Shown piece after piece: positions 10,205 to 20,771 of a stretch of 32,000 bases of DNA (position 1 is the stretch's first letter; the number at the start of each line of letters is the position of its first letter). The position numbers and the translations under genes were made by a program. The notes under the pieces are model-generated. The model saw nothing but the letters and a program-made list of their open reading frames with translations. It had not been told where the DNA came from and made no database searches. Origin of the DNA: Paramicrosporidium saccamoebae KSL3 (lineage: Eukaryota > Fungi > Cryptomycota). The stretch is from assembly GCA_002794465.1 (NCBI GenBank), contig MTSL01000143.1, positions 1,324 to 33,323 on the forward strand. The letters run 5' to 3'.

Positions 10205-10756
10205 ATGAAGACCTCGCTTTCATCACCACCCTCTGCCTCTCAATCCAGCCAGCTTCCTCCCGTCGAGGAGCTGCAGTCTCGTCGCGAACAACTCGAAAAA
10301 GTGCACCATTATACTGATGCACTTACATTACAGGAGTTGCAAATTCTGGGCGAGTCATTTGTACAACTGAAGCAGGCACAGGACCGTTTTGTGCAGAATA
10401 TCTCTACACTGACTTCCTTAAAATCTGCTCTCCCAGAGCAAGAATTAATGATACCGTTGACATCCTCAGTGTATATCAAAGGAGTCTTGGCCAATAAGGA
10501 CAGTGTAACTGTTGACATTGGCACGGGGTATTTTGTCGAAAAGGTTGCCAAGGCGAATATGCCACCTCACGCTATAGGATCTAGCATCTGCCGATGATTA
10601 TTATGTACGCAAGGTCAAGTATCTTCAGGAGCAGCTGAACATGCTCGGTCAGGTCATTTCTGAGAAACGTCAGAACATGTCTGGTATTATTGTTGCATTT
10701 GGGCACTAATATTGCTAGTCCTAACTCGCGCACTTCAGGCCAGGCTGCATAAATAA
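10205..10756 (+). CDS. PFDN5: Prefoldin subunit 5 (alpha type), 149 aa, 4 exons
   Basis: Exons 10205-10300, 10334-10543, 10578-10683, 10719-10756; introns 33, 34 and 35 nt. Contains LMIPLTSSVYIKG...VTVDIGTGYFVEK...DYYVRKVKYL. Confidence 0.92.
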
Positions 10757-10907
10757 AGTGGTGGATCTTGTGAGATATTATAGCTACAGATCAGTTTTGT
10801 TAAAGTACACAGCGCCTTTATAGGTCGCTACCCTCGACGCGTCGGATTGTGAGATTGCATAAGTGTCGGTCTCACCAATAACGCCCAAATACTGTTTAAC
10901 ATGTCCC
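10752..10907 (+). repeat. Dispersed repeat family, copy D
   Basis: TTGTTAAAGTACACAGCGCCTTTATAGGTCG...GGATTGTGAGATTGCAT...TCTCACCAATAAC...TACTGTTTAACA is colinear with copy E (identical 13-mer TCTCACCAATAAC). Confidence 0.8.
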
Positions 10908-10933
10908 ATTAACCAACCTCACAGGTCTAAGTT

Positions 10934-12556
10934 TTATTGTTGAAAATCAGTGGCAAAGTCATAGGCATCTTCAATTTCCATCATGTCTGTTGGTTTGGCA
11001 GTGCGCTTTTGAGCAGCCTTCTTGGCTTGCTTCAGTTGCTTTTGCCGATTCCGGTTGGCCTGTGGATTGTTCTCTAATTCAGCCACCGACATTTTGATCT
11101 CGTAGCCGTCATCCGAGGAAGACTTGCCCTTTGAGGTGCTAGCGGCCACCACAAGTTGTGGCGCTTCAGCAGCAACGTCCATTACAATGGGCTGCAGACC
11201 AGCCAATTCTTCGGCAACATTGGCAAGTACAGTGTCCACTTCCATCTTGACAAGTGATTCCAAATCGAATTCTGGTGCCCAGCTACCCACAATGACGGCA
11301 TTATTGGCAGTGGACGGGATGGCGGGCGGCAAAGTGTAAAATGGAATCTTGCCCTGATTCCAGTCAATGAGGACTGATTTAGCAGCGGCATCCACGTTGG
11401 GGATCCCTCCCTTTTTAAGCTTCCCCTGTCTTCTGGCAATGTGGCACAAGAACTCGTTGGTGTCAGAGAATCTCGGAATGGCGTAAAGATACATGAGCTG
11501 TTCAGGAGCAGCACGCTTAAGGATCAACTCAATGGGGGCCACAGGATCTTCCAGTTGCTCAACTTTCAAACAATTACGGAGGAACAGATGGGCAGTCTCA
11601 CTGCTATCGGAGGGCGTCGCAAAGACAATACCTGGGCAATCCAACAGCTTAATGTTGCGATCAAGGTTGATTTCCTGAGTGACGGTTGTAACGCCGGGTG
11701 TAGCGCCCACCTTGCAAACCTTGGCTCGTTTAAGAGAATTAATCAGACTGCTCTTTCCCACATTAGGATATCCGACAACACCAACGCGAATGGAGGTCTT
11801 GATATTTAAGCTTCGGCAATAGTTCTTCAGGAGCTGAATAAGCGTATCGGCTCCAAGACACTCGCTCGAGGTCAAGGCGCCGGCAATCTTCTCGCCAGCG
11901 GAAATGCTACCGAGGTTGGTGCGCTGTGTCTGGGTGGAGGCCTTGAAGGCAACAGCAGGATGTTCCCGACGCAGAACGGCAAGCCATTGTGCAACAATCT
12001 CTCTGGGGACCAAGTCAATCTTGTTCAGAACGAATACGATTCTCTTGCGGCCTCCTGTGGCGGCGACCATTTCTTCTACTGCCCGAACGCGGCATCCAAG
12101 CGGATCACGTGCATCCAAAACTGTCAAGATGACATCTGCATTATCAACAACCTGCTTAAACTCGCGATAGAAGGCTCTCTTGGATGAATCATAGAATCGG
12201 CCGCTTTCTTCAGGTTTGGCAACGGCAGTGTGCTCTTGAGCCTGAACAGCCGCCCGTCTGGCCAGCGAGTTCAGGTCATTATTTGCAATGGCTATTTGAC
12301 GCTGCATCTTTTCCTTTTCACGCTCTTCTTGCATTTTGCGGACAAACTCTTCCTTTCCAGGTAGCATAGACGGTATACCCGGATCCTTCCGTCCCTTCTT
12401 GTGGCCCTTTGATTTTGCGTCTTTAGCAACCTTTCTGTTATGCTCGCGCATCTTCTTGTCAACTTTGGCACGATGGGCGCTGGTGAAGCGCTTACTTTTG
12501 ACCTCTACATATCAGATACTGTGAAAAGACCTAATCTTACTTCTTCTCGGAGCCAT
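10934..12556 (-). CDS. NUG1: Nucleolar circularly permuted GTPase GNL3/Nug1/Grn1, 528 aa, 2 exons
   Basis: Exon 12556-12541, 36-nt intron, exon 12504-10934. Basic N-terminus SKRFTSAHRAKVDKKMREHNRK; G4 NKIDL precedes G1 GYPNVGKSS and G3 DCPG. Confidence 0.93.
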
Positions 12557-12630
12557 TACAAGTTGACCGGGGTGGCGGCCGTAAGAGTCGTATTCTTTTG
12601 ACCAGCCCCCATAAATCTTGAATTTATATA

Positions 12631-13122
12631 TTACACTGTCCATAACTTTAGACGAAAAGCATCGGATCCGTTTAGGTAGTAGTTTGGCAAGCGCTTCTCG
12701 CGAATAAAGCCCAGCTTGGCATATAACTTTAGTGCCGTCAGATTTGTGACTTCTGTCTCCAAGACAATCTCATCGGAGCCCTCTTTGATCATAATTTCGA
12801 CCAACTGTCCCACGAGACAGATGCCAATCCCGTGGCCTCGACATTGACCCAGAACTGCTAGCATTCCGATATAGCCACGTCGTGCCGTGCCGTGAAAGCC
12901 CACTTTTCCAATTATTACTCCAACAAGCTCGTCTCTTCGCCAGGCCTAAGGTATAAATTATATGCAGGTGTATACGGTCCTGCATAAATGCGGGTGGTCA
13001 CGCAGAAAATAATGATACGTAAAGACTGAATACGGTTCGGACAAGTCCTTTTCGATGAGCTGGCAGATGGGTTCTAGGTCTTTTTCTTCAAATCCTCTAT
13101 ATGTCACGGTCTCGCCATCCAT
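12631..13122 (-). CDS. NAA30: N-alpha-acetyltransferase 30 (NatC catalytic subunit, Mak3), about 153 aa, 2 exons; start could be 13152
   Basis: Exons 13122-12976 and 12945-12631; 30-nt intron. Contains DLSEPYSVFTYHYF, RGYIGMLAV, LETEVTN..ALKLY..LGFIREKRL..YYLNG.DAFRL. Confidence 0.93.
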
Positions 13123-13421
13123 GCAGCTAGGGTCTGTGAAAGGACTATGCAAGTGGTAGTTGAGAGGATATGAAGTGTTACCGAGTACATGTGGGAGAGT
13201 GGATTAATTAGCTGGGTATCAGAAGACAGTGAGATGTGTATCCGTACTATTTCAAGATTACTAGTACACTATATTAGCAGTGGCTAACTTCTCTTCCCAT
13301 CTCCTTCCGCCTGACTTGGTCCGTGGCGTTTCCCTCTCCCCCACAATACGCAACAATACGTCGTACTGAATCCCGGGAACGAATCATTCGCTGAAAATGG
13401 ATCATCACATAATTTATTTAC

Positions 13422-14015
13422 CTAGAATGAATCATCATCACGAGCTATGAAAAAGTAATAATACAGCATCATAGTTGTAAAGAGGAGGATTACTCCACTG
13501 ACCGCCATAATTGCAGATTGCCAAGGAATCTAGACATAAGAGTGCTCCAAGGACAAACCTTTCCGGTATATCGAAGAAAGAATGGGACAATCAACGCGCT
13601 GGAGCCAATGACTGAGGTGACAAAGTGGGAAGCTTCCAAAGCCGATCTGTAAAATGAAAACATTGGCAAGAGAGAGGGTACTGAGAGGGGCCCATGGAAA
13701 GCGGTCCACCCGACATGGAAGAGACCATTATTCTTGGCAGTGGGGCTATCAGGAATGGCACTAATAATATCAGTCATTGCTGGTTTAATTCATACAGACC
13801 AGTAGCGAAGCGTATGTCCTAAGTAATTAAATGCCACCACAGCGGTAATACTTGCATAATACCCAGGATAGGATAATCAAAACAAGCCCTCCCACGGCAA
13901 TGAGCGGGAGAACGAGAAACATAGCTCTGTGAATATTAGTCAGTGCACAGCAAATTATACTCTAGAATATGAGGCCTGACAAAGGTAAAGGGTTACTTTT
14001 CTTGGAGTCTGACAT
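13422..14015 (-). CDS. VPS55: Vps55/LEPROT (OB-RGRP) family 4-TM endosomal protein, about 130 aa; the 5' exon structure is unusual
   Basis: Exons 14015-13997, [13961], 13926-13852, 13818-13796, 13760-13682, 13646-13559, 13529-13422. Product MSDSKK(KA/T)MFLVLPLIAVGGLVLIILSWVLCKTYASLLVLPFLIAPLP...IPWQSAIMAVSG...DDDSF fits the family hydrophobic pattern, APLP motif and acidic tail. Confidence 0.8.
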
Positions 14016-14032
14016 CGTCAACACAGTGCCTC

Positions 14033-14096
14033 GACGCCCGGCGTCTTAGTAGGTTTTAATCGATTGGACACCATGGTGTTCGGCCAATAAGATTGG
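14033..14096. promoter_or_regulatory. Putative bidirectional promoter with three CCAAT/ATTGG boxes and dyad elements
   Basis: ATTGG 14063, CCAAT 14084 and ATTGG 14092 lie between divergent VPS55 (ATG 14015) and EPT1 (ATG 14265). Confidence 0.4.
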
Positions 14097-14264
14097 TTGA
14101 TTCTCGCTTTTACTGAACCACCATTCATGTTTCCAGTGGTATTATTACTAATAAAATGCATGGTAACATAGAAATTCTACTTTAGAAATTACAAAGTGGC
14201 GCCAAGCAGGAAAAGTGGCCAGGATCACCACCTTGGCGGCAAATGTGCCGGGCCACCACCCATC

Positions 14265-15562
14265 ATGACCGTGATTGCCAACCTCCGTCGCTTTTTCCTT
14301 GGCTTTGACCAGTTTCCAATTCCCCCGAAGAGGCTGATAAACTTGAGAAAGTACAAGTATCATGGCGCTGACTTGTCATTATTGTCCAAATATCTGCTTG
14401 GGCCATACTGGAGCGCACTGGTCAAACTGTTTCCTCTTTGGGTGGCGTACTAGTCTTGAAATGAGGCTGATTTTCTAGTCCCAATGTGATTACTCTGATC
14501 GGACTTGTGCTGGTGTTCACCAGTTGCGTCCTGGTGCTTTCTTATTCACCAGACATGACAGCCGTGCTGCCCTCCTGGCTCTATTGTTAGTATCACACCA
14601 GAACTCACACTAACTGCTAGTATTGCCTTTACCCTCTTTGCATACCAATCCCTCGATGCCATCGATGGAAAGCAGGCTCGTCGCACTGGCATGTCGGGGC
14701 CGTTGGGCGAATTCTTTGACCATGGTAAAGCGCCTCAGTGGTTGATAGACTTTAGGATGCGATGCTGTCAACATGATGCTGATGGGATTCATTGCGCCCT
14801 CCATGTTCCGACTAGAGCCCAACTGGATCGCCATTTCTCTCCTCTCCTCCGCATTCCTTACCTTTTACGTTGCAACTTGGGAGGAGTATACTACGGGCTG
14901 CTTGTACTTGGGCTACATTTCCGGGCCCGTTGAGGGCACCTTGATTGTCATAGGACTATGCCTCCTCGGTGCTTATTATGGCGGATCGATTTGGATGGAA
15001 CGTTTGACTCTTCCTTGGAACATTTCGGTCAAGTATAACGATCTGGTTGGCTATTCGACAATATTCTTTGCAGTCATCACCATTGGTGGCAGGTATCGAC
15101 GGGCTTCTGTTTCTCATTGTCCATAGCCTGCTGAACGTCTACAAAAAGTCCGGATTGAAGCCAATTTTGAATCTGATTCCGTTTTCACTGGTTGCCGCTC
15201 TGGCAGTTACCGTATACGCTTTGAACCCAGAATTGTCAAAATTCCCCAATTTCGTCCTGTATTTTTTGATATGGGGCTTTGGCTTTGCCTGTGCAGTTGC
15301 ACAAATCATCGTAGCCCATGTGTCCAAGGGTCCATTTCCATTTTGGACTCCAGCCTTTCTCCCGTTGATTCTAACAGCATTAAGGTTTGTGTCCCTCAAA
15401 TATGCTCTCCTCCCGTCCCATGGTTCAACCACTGCATTCCTCTCGGTGGGACTAGCATATTGCATCTTGGTTTATATTCGTCTTGTTGTTGGAATAATCA
15501 ATCAAATTTGCGAATACCTCAAGATTTCTTGCTTCCGCGTGACCCCGAAAAGGGGTGAATAA
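14265..15562 (+). CDS. EPT1: Choline/ethanolamine phosphotransferase (CDP-alcohol phosphatidyltransferase), 389 aa, 5 exons
   Basis: Exons 14265-14446, 14479-14589, 14621-14724, 14756-15092, 15127-15562; introns 32, 31, 31 and 34 nt. Catalytic motif [26 protein letters not shown]; also [12 protein letters not shown]. Confidence 0.93.
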
Positions 15563-15760
15563 ATGGTGCCTATTGTTTTGAAGAACGGTCTCATTGGCCC
15601 TCCCTTCGGTCCCTGGTTGGTCGGCTAATCACCACAGTGGACGTGGTGCCTCCTTTCGAAACGCTTCAAGGCCTCCATTTGGTGCCCGAGGTCCAGTTTG
15701 CTCAGACACGACACCATTATTATTCCCTGACGAGACTACAAACGCAAGAAAACCCTTACT

Positions 15761-16892
15761 ATGGATGCCGCCACTCCATCCAGCACCAAACCTGCCAATC
15801 CGTTCAACACTCCGCGAGCCGTCAAAATAGCCCACAAGTACATTGTCATGGAGAAGATTGGCTCTGGTGCTTTTGGAGATATCTACTCTGGTAAGACGTG
15901 CTAGGAATGTTCTGATAGCATTAGGCTACAACTCGCTGACAGACCAGCACGTTGCCGTAAAAGTAGAGTCACGGAGAAGCCCACACCCCCAATTGGACTA
16001 TGAGGCAAAAGTTTACAAGTGTCTAGAGGGCACTCCGGGTATTCCCCGAATGCATTACTTTGGGGTGGTGGGGGAATATAATACAATGGTAATGGACCTG
16101 ATGGGTCCCAGCTTAGAGGACCTCTTCAATTATTGCAATCGGAAATTTTCTCTAAAGACTGTGCTCATGTTGGCAGACCAGATGTTGCAGCGGATTGAAT
16201 ATGTCCACTACAAGCATTTTCTGCACCGAGACATAAAACCGGACAACTTTGTCGTGGGAACTGCCGAGCATGCCAGGCATGTATACTTGATTGACTTTGG
16301 TCTTGCCAAACGGTACCGCGACCCCAGGACGCTCTTCCACATTCCGTACAGCGAGAAGAAGAGTCTGACGGGCACCGCCCGCTATGCCAGTCTGCACACA
16401 CATTTGGGAATTGCCCAAAGTCGACGAGACGACCTCGAGTCTTGCGGCTATGTGCTAATGTATTTTCTGCGGGGATCGCTTCCATGGCAGGGTTTGCGGG
16501 CAGTCAACAAGGAGGACAAGTATGCCAAGATTCTGATTAAGAAGAGAACCACCACCATTGAGACCCTCTGTCGCGGATTTCCCCTTGAATTCCAGCTGTA
16601 CTTTAACTATGTCCGGTCCCTTCAATTCGACGAACGTCCCGACTACTCCTATCTGCGAAAGATACTCCGCAACGTGTTCATCCGGGAGAACTATCGGAGC
16701 GATGACATGTATGACTGGGTGATTAAGAGGATGGAGACGGAGCGAAGTGTGCAGGCCGCGGTTGTGGGCGGGAATGCTGCTGTAGGTGGAACGGCAGCCA
16801 TAAGTGGGGCTCCCCAATTCCCGTCGGTTCCCAAAGCTTTTCCGCAAAATGCACCACAAGGTGGAGATGGATTTCCGTCCATGCGGTTGTAG
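15761..16892 (+). CDS. HRR25: Casein kinase 1 (Hrr25/CK1-delta-like), 365 aa, 2 exons
   Basis: Exon 15761-15890, intron 15891-15924, exon 15925-16892. Splicing restores [19 protein letters not shown], which the ORF-track N-terminus lacks. Also [38 protein letters not shown]. Confidence 0.93.
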
Positions 16893-17061
16893 CGCAGCGT
16901 CTTCTTTATTTGTCGGTTACCTTGTACATGTATTATAGTATCCATCGTACAATAATAACCCAAGATTATTATCAGTAAACAAGGGGAGACTATCTTGGTG
17001 TTGTGTGGTAGGTTGGTGGGGTGGTAGGGTGGGAGTATTACCACGATGATTATAAGGTCTA

Positions 17062-17202
17062 AATAAAGACCTTGGTGATGAAAAAATTAGTCTGTTAAAG
17101 GATGCGGCGTCTTTACAGATCGATATCCTACCCTCAACACACCGGATTGTGGGATCGCATTTCGATCTCACCAATAACAACCAGGTGCTATTTAACAGAC
17201 CC
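17062..17202 (+). repeat. Dispersed repeat family, copy E; core bounded by a 10-bp inverted repeat
   Basis: GTCTGTTAAA (17090-17099) is the reverse complement of TTTAACAGAC (17191-17200); the interior is colinear with copy D. Confidence 0.8.
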
Positions 17203-17448
17203 CTTATCCGAATCTCTGGCCCATAGCTATACCATCTCACAGCGTCAATCGGACGACAGGGAACTGTTTATTGCCAGCTGATATGGACTCGCCGGTACGC
17301 TATCAATATGTCCAAACGTTGAAGAGTCAACATGTCCAAACATTCGAAAGTCTATATTCCATATTCTCCAGCACCCTGCACCCTGCGCTCAGCTAAACCT
17401 TCCAATACTTCACAATAGCACACTAGGCTAGACTCGATTAATCTAAAG

Positions 17449-20220
17449 TTACCACAATGGATCAATGACGGCCGGCCACCGGCCCTGGCGACGGCATTCC
17501 CAGTATTCTGAGGGATCCTTGATGCGCCATGCGCCCTCGGGGTCCTCTTTTGTGGGCGGCTCAAATTTGAACCACATTGGTTCCCAGGTTTTTCCTTGCT
17601 GTTCTAGTAGGGTACGCGCTTCACGCTGGCGCTGTTCAATCTCTTGCTTAAGTATTTCGGCCTCTTCCAGCTGAGAATGTTCTAGTAAGCGTTGATCCGG
17701 TCGGAGACGGGAGTCTGTACGGGGGAGATGCGGTTGCAGCCAGTCGGGAAGATCATTAAGTCCGATGGCGAATTCGGAGAATCCAAAATATTCGACATGA
17801 TCACTAGGCATCGGGGAAGCCTGCCAGATCAACAAATCATCGCCGTCGCCATTTTCCTTGCAAATCACAGAATCCCAGCGTCCCCGAAGAGAGATGGCTT
17901 CTTTCTGCGATTCTGGTCCATTCTTTGATGGAGTGATGGTGGCAAGGACTTCGTTGGTGATTGTCGTATTGCTGCTGAAGAATCCCGAAGAGTTGGGCTT
18001 GAAGGAAATCTTGGCCAAATCTCCTGTACGCAGATTCCTCATGGTCATTTCGCCATAATGTTCAACCCACTTGTTGCCCATAAAAATATTCCGTACACAG
18101 GTCACTACCTTTTTCCAAACAAAATGGTCACCTGTGTCGGGAAAGTACACATGGACGCTTCCCAGCGGAGTGTACTCCATCGACTTTCCCCAAAACTTGT
18201 CCTTTATCCGCTGGTCCTGCCAGAAGGACCATTTTTCGGACTGCGCATGCATGGCCATGATCAAGGGACGATGGCTGACCTTTTCTGCAATAAACCGATA
18301 TCCTTTGTCTACCCGCTCATACTCAAAAGTTTCGCCTAAAATGGGAGTAAATGGCTTCCTCTCCACCCGATGTATCGTATTGGCATAGCCAGAGACTGCA
18401 AATGCCGCAACCAGCACCATGCGATCGAGCGAGGATGGACATTTGGCTGCTGCATCAAGAAGGTCACTATATTCCAGCTCTTCACATAGACGCTGCAAAG
18501 CGCTCAGAGGCTCGTTCAATGCAACTGGCATGGGAATGGAAGACCAATCTTTTCCAATGTTCTTGCGCAGAATGCTGGAAACGCTAATATTGCACGGAGG
18601 AGCAAGCTGAGGCATCCGCCGTCTAAATTCCCGAATCTCCGCCGACGGCACTAGTCCGAGGTCCATGTGGGACATGGATGGAGGAATCGGTTCACCATAA
18701 TCAGACTTTACTTCGTACGTATCCGCACTGAACGACTCACGAGAACCGAAAAAATCCATCTCATCCTCCTCGGATACGTCGGTGATGATAATTTCTTCGG
18801 CATCGAAAAACTCGTCTACCGAACCCGCCCGGTATTCGGACTGTGCCCCAGCAGAGACAATGTATCCGTGACCATTGGAAATCTGGCTCATACGACGGCC
18901 GGTTCGTTGTAAAAATATGGCGTATTCCGACAGAGACTCGTACAAGTCGTGTAAGGAATGAAACGTCTCCTCCAAGGGAGCCAAGAATTTCATCGTGCCG
19001 TCATCTTCCTTTGCTGCTAATTCTCGCAGATCGCCCAGGAGACGCTCGCTTTTCTGGAGGTTGATGGAGAGCCGTTCTGAAAATGTAGCTATGCTCGGCC
19101 CTGGGTGTGCAGGCATTTCGGGCAAGTTTCCAGCCAGGTTCAGTCCGTCAATTGCAGACTGCAGTCGGATCATATTAAAATGCTCTGACCATTTTCCATA
19201 ATCCTCAGCATTCAATGCCCGCAAATGATATGTGTCGCTGCCCGAATCAAGGGTCATCATTAACCTTTGGGGAGTCTTTGTTACGGTGCAATGATGAATA
19301 TCCATCGATCCACGACACGGACTAAATCGATCTTCATAGTAGGACAGAATGCCATTCCGGTCTAGCTGGAACCATCGACGTCCCCATCCTTGAAGTCTCC
19401 GCTGCTTCTTTTTAAGGAGCCAGCCGCTGAATGCCTCCTGAGAGATGGGAATGGTTGGCCCAACAGTTACGGTCAGGAAAAGCTCCTTGCTTGTGCTGAC
19501 TGAATACGAATTGTCAAAGAATAAGACGTAATCGCCCGCAATCGGAGCCGCATAGTGTCCCACAATTGTGCTATCGCACGACTCGTATCTCTCCACCGGC
19601 AAGATTTCCAAATATTCGGTCGCATGAGTGACCGCCATGGAGGATGGTGCATAGACTCTCAGATTGGGAAGACTTGTATTTTGTCTCATGATAGTTTCCA
19701 GTCCTTCGGGGCGGGAATCTACTGTTTTAGCCCTCAAGAGGACTACTCCCTCACTGGAAGATGCGTCATCCGTATTAGGCTGGATGCTGTTGGCACGAGA
19801 GGCCGGAACGCTGGTACTACCATGTCCAGGCTTTGGGCTCGCTGACGGTTCAATAACTAGGTTTCCGCGACTATTGACGATGGCTTCGCGTACAGCATGG
19901 GGAGCAGTAGGCACGTCTGGCAGCGAATGGCTAGTTCTAGGAACAACGTCATTGGAGAGCACTTCATTAGGGAGCGCCTCGTTTGAGACACTTGTACTAT
20001 TTTGCAGTCTTCGGGGTGTCTCTGGAGGGGACTCACATCGGTTTTGGTGTACGTAAAATAGACCAAAGGCAATGTTTTTCCTCCTAGTAAAAAATGACCA
20101 CGAGATGATATCGCCAGCCTGCTCCACCGATACATGGTGCTGGTAGTTGTCGCGAGGCCGAATTTCTACATGAGCAGGCTTGGTTAGAACCGAGCAGTTG
20201 GGTCTGGTCTCGTCTGACAT
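17449..20220 (-). CDS. OSH3: Oxysterol-binding protein, Osh3-like (split GOLD, PH, FFAT, ORD); start could be 20259
   Basis: GOLD-like ISWSFFTRRKNIAFGL and GDYVLFFDNSYS; PH GWLLKKKQRRLQGWGRRWF; FFAT EFFDAEE; ORD KPFTPILGETFE, EKVSHRP and DSRLRPDQ. Confidence 0.9.
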   Translation of the reverse strand: MSDETRPNCSVLTKPAHVEIRPRDNYQHHVSVEQAGDIISWSFFTRRKNIAFGLFYVHQNRCESPPETPRRLQNSTSVSNEALPNEVLSNDVVPRTSHSLPDVPTAPHAVREAIVNSRGNLVIEPSASPKPGHGSTSVPASRANSIQPNTDDASSSEGVVLLRAKTVDSRPEGLETIMRQNTSLPNLRVYAPSSMAVTHATEYLEILPVERYESCDSTIVGHYAAPIAGDYVLFFDNSYSVSTSKELFLTVTVGPTIPISQEAFSGWLLKKKQRRLQGWGRRWFQLDRNGILSYYEDRFSPCRGSMDIHHCTVTKTPQRLMMTLDSGSDTYHLRALNAEDYGKWSEHFNMIRLQSAIDGLNLAGNLPEMPAHPGPSIATFSERLSINLQKSERLLGDLRELAAKEDDGTMKFLAPLEETFHSLHDLYESLSEYAIFLQRTGRRMSQISNGHGYIVSAGAQSEYRAGSVDEFFDAEEIIITDVSEEDEMDFFGSRESFSADTYEVKSDYGEPIPPSMSHMDLGLVPSAEIREFRRRMPQLAPPCNISVSSILRKNIGKDWSSIPMPVALNEPLSALQRLCEELEYSDLLDAAAKCPSSLDRMVLVAAFAVSGYANTIHRVERKPFTPILGETFEYERVDKGYRFIAEKVSHRPLIMAMHAQSEKWSFWQDQRIKDKFWGKSMEYTPLGSVHVYFPDTGDHFVWKKVVTCVRNIFMGNKWVEHYGEMTMRNLRTGDLAKISFKPNSSGFFSSNTTITNEVLATITPSKNGPESQKEAISLRGRWDSVICKENGDGDDLLIWQASPMPSDHVEYFGFSEFAIGLNDLPDWLQPHLPRTDSRLRPDQRLLEHSQLEEAEILKQEIEQRQREARTLLEQQGKTWEPMWFKFEPPTKEDPEGAWRIKDPSEYWECRRQGRWPAVIDPLW

Positions 20221-20343
20221 GCGCCAACTGCCGAGGCCAACCAGTACAACACTGTTCAATGATTGGACAGCAATATTAACACGGGTACGTATAAGGCATA
20301 CTTATTCAGCGCCTCTCACACATACATGTTACAGTTTGCTTTA

Positions 20344-20688
20344 TTATTGGGAACTGGAAACGCGAGACAGGATATCGGGAGAGAGACGGTCACGGTGCTT
20401 CGTCACCCTGTTCAGTAGCTCACCAAGCTCCTATGGATAATCTTATGCATTGATTGCAAGGGTACCGTTCTACTCGCAACAACTGAATTATAAAGGTCTT
20501 CCAGCTGAGCTACGGCGGAATTTAAAGAGTCGAGTTCATCTCGGAGAGCAACAATCCTTGCACCCGGCCGCCCTCGCAAAAGATTCTCAGTTCTTTGAGC
20601 CAATTGATCGGCTTCATTAATCTAACAAATGATCTCGACATGAAATGGGTTTAACCTCAGAGTATAGGTTTTGGATGGCGGCGTTCAT
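20344..20688 (-). CDS. Small predicted coiled-coil protein of unknown family, 91 aa, 3 exons
   Basis: Exons 20688-20656, 20621-20466, 20430-20344; two phase-0 introns of 34 and 35 nt; ATG-to-stop frame intact; AATAAA directly after the stop. Confidence 0.65.
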
Positions 20689-20771
20689 GCGGAACCCGCC
20701 TAACGAAAAGATAAATACCGTATTTCTTTTCCTCTTAATAAATGTCCACGGGTCACTGGAAGGGAAGCCCA

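Noticed and set aside
13391-13421. Possible 31-nt intron starting immediately after the VPS55 stop codon
   Set aside because: It does not alter the protein, contains the likely AATAAA signal, lacks a clear branch site, and cannot be distinguished from chance.
17007-17035. G-rich tract as a G-quadruplex or telomeric seed
   Set aside because: It has only three runs of three or more G and no regular repeat unit.
16917-17240. 107-aa minus-strand ORF
   Set aside because: It overlaps repeat copy E and the CK1 3' region and has no motif.
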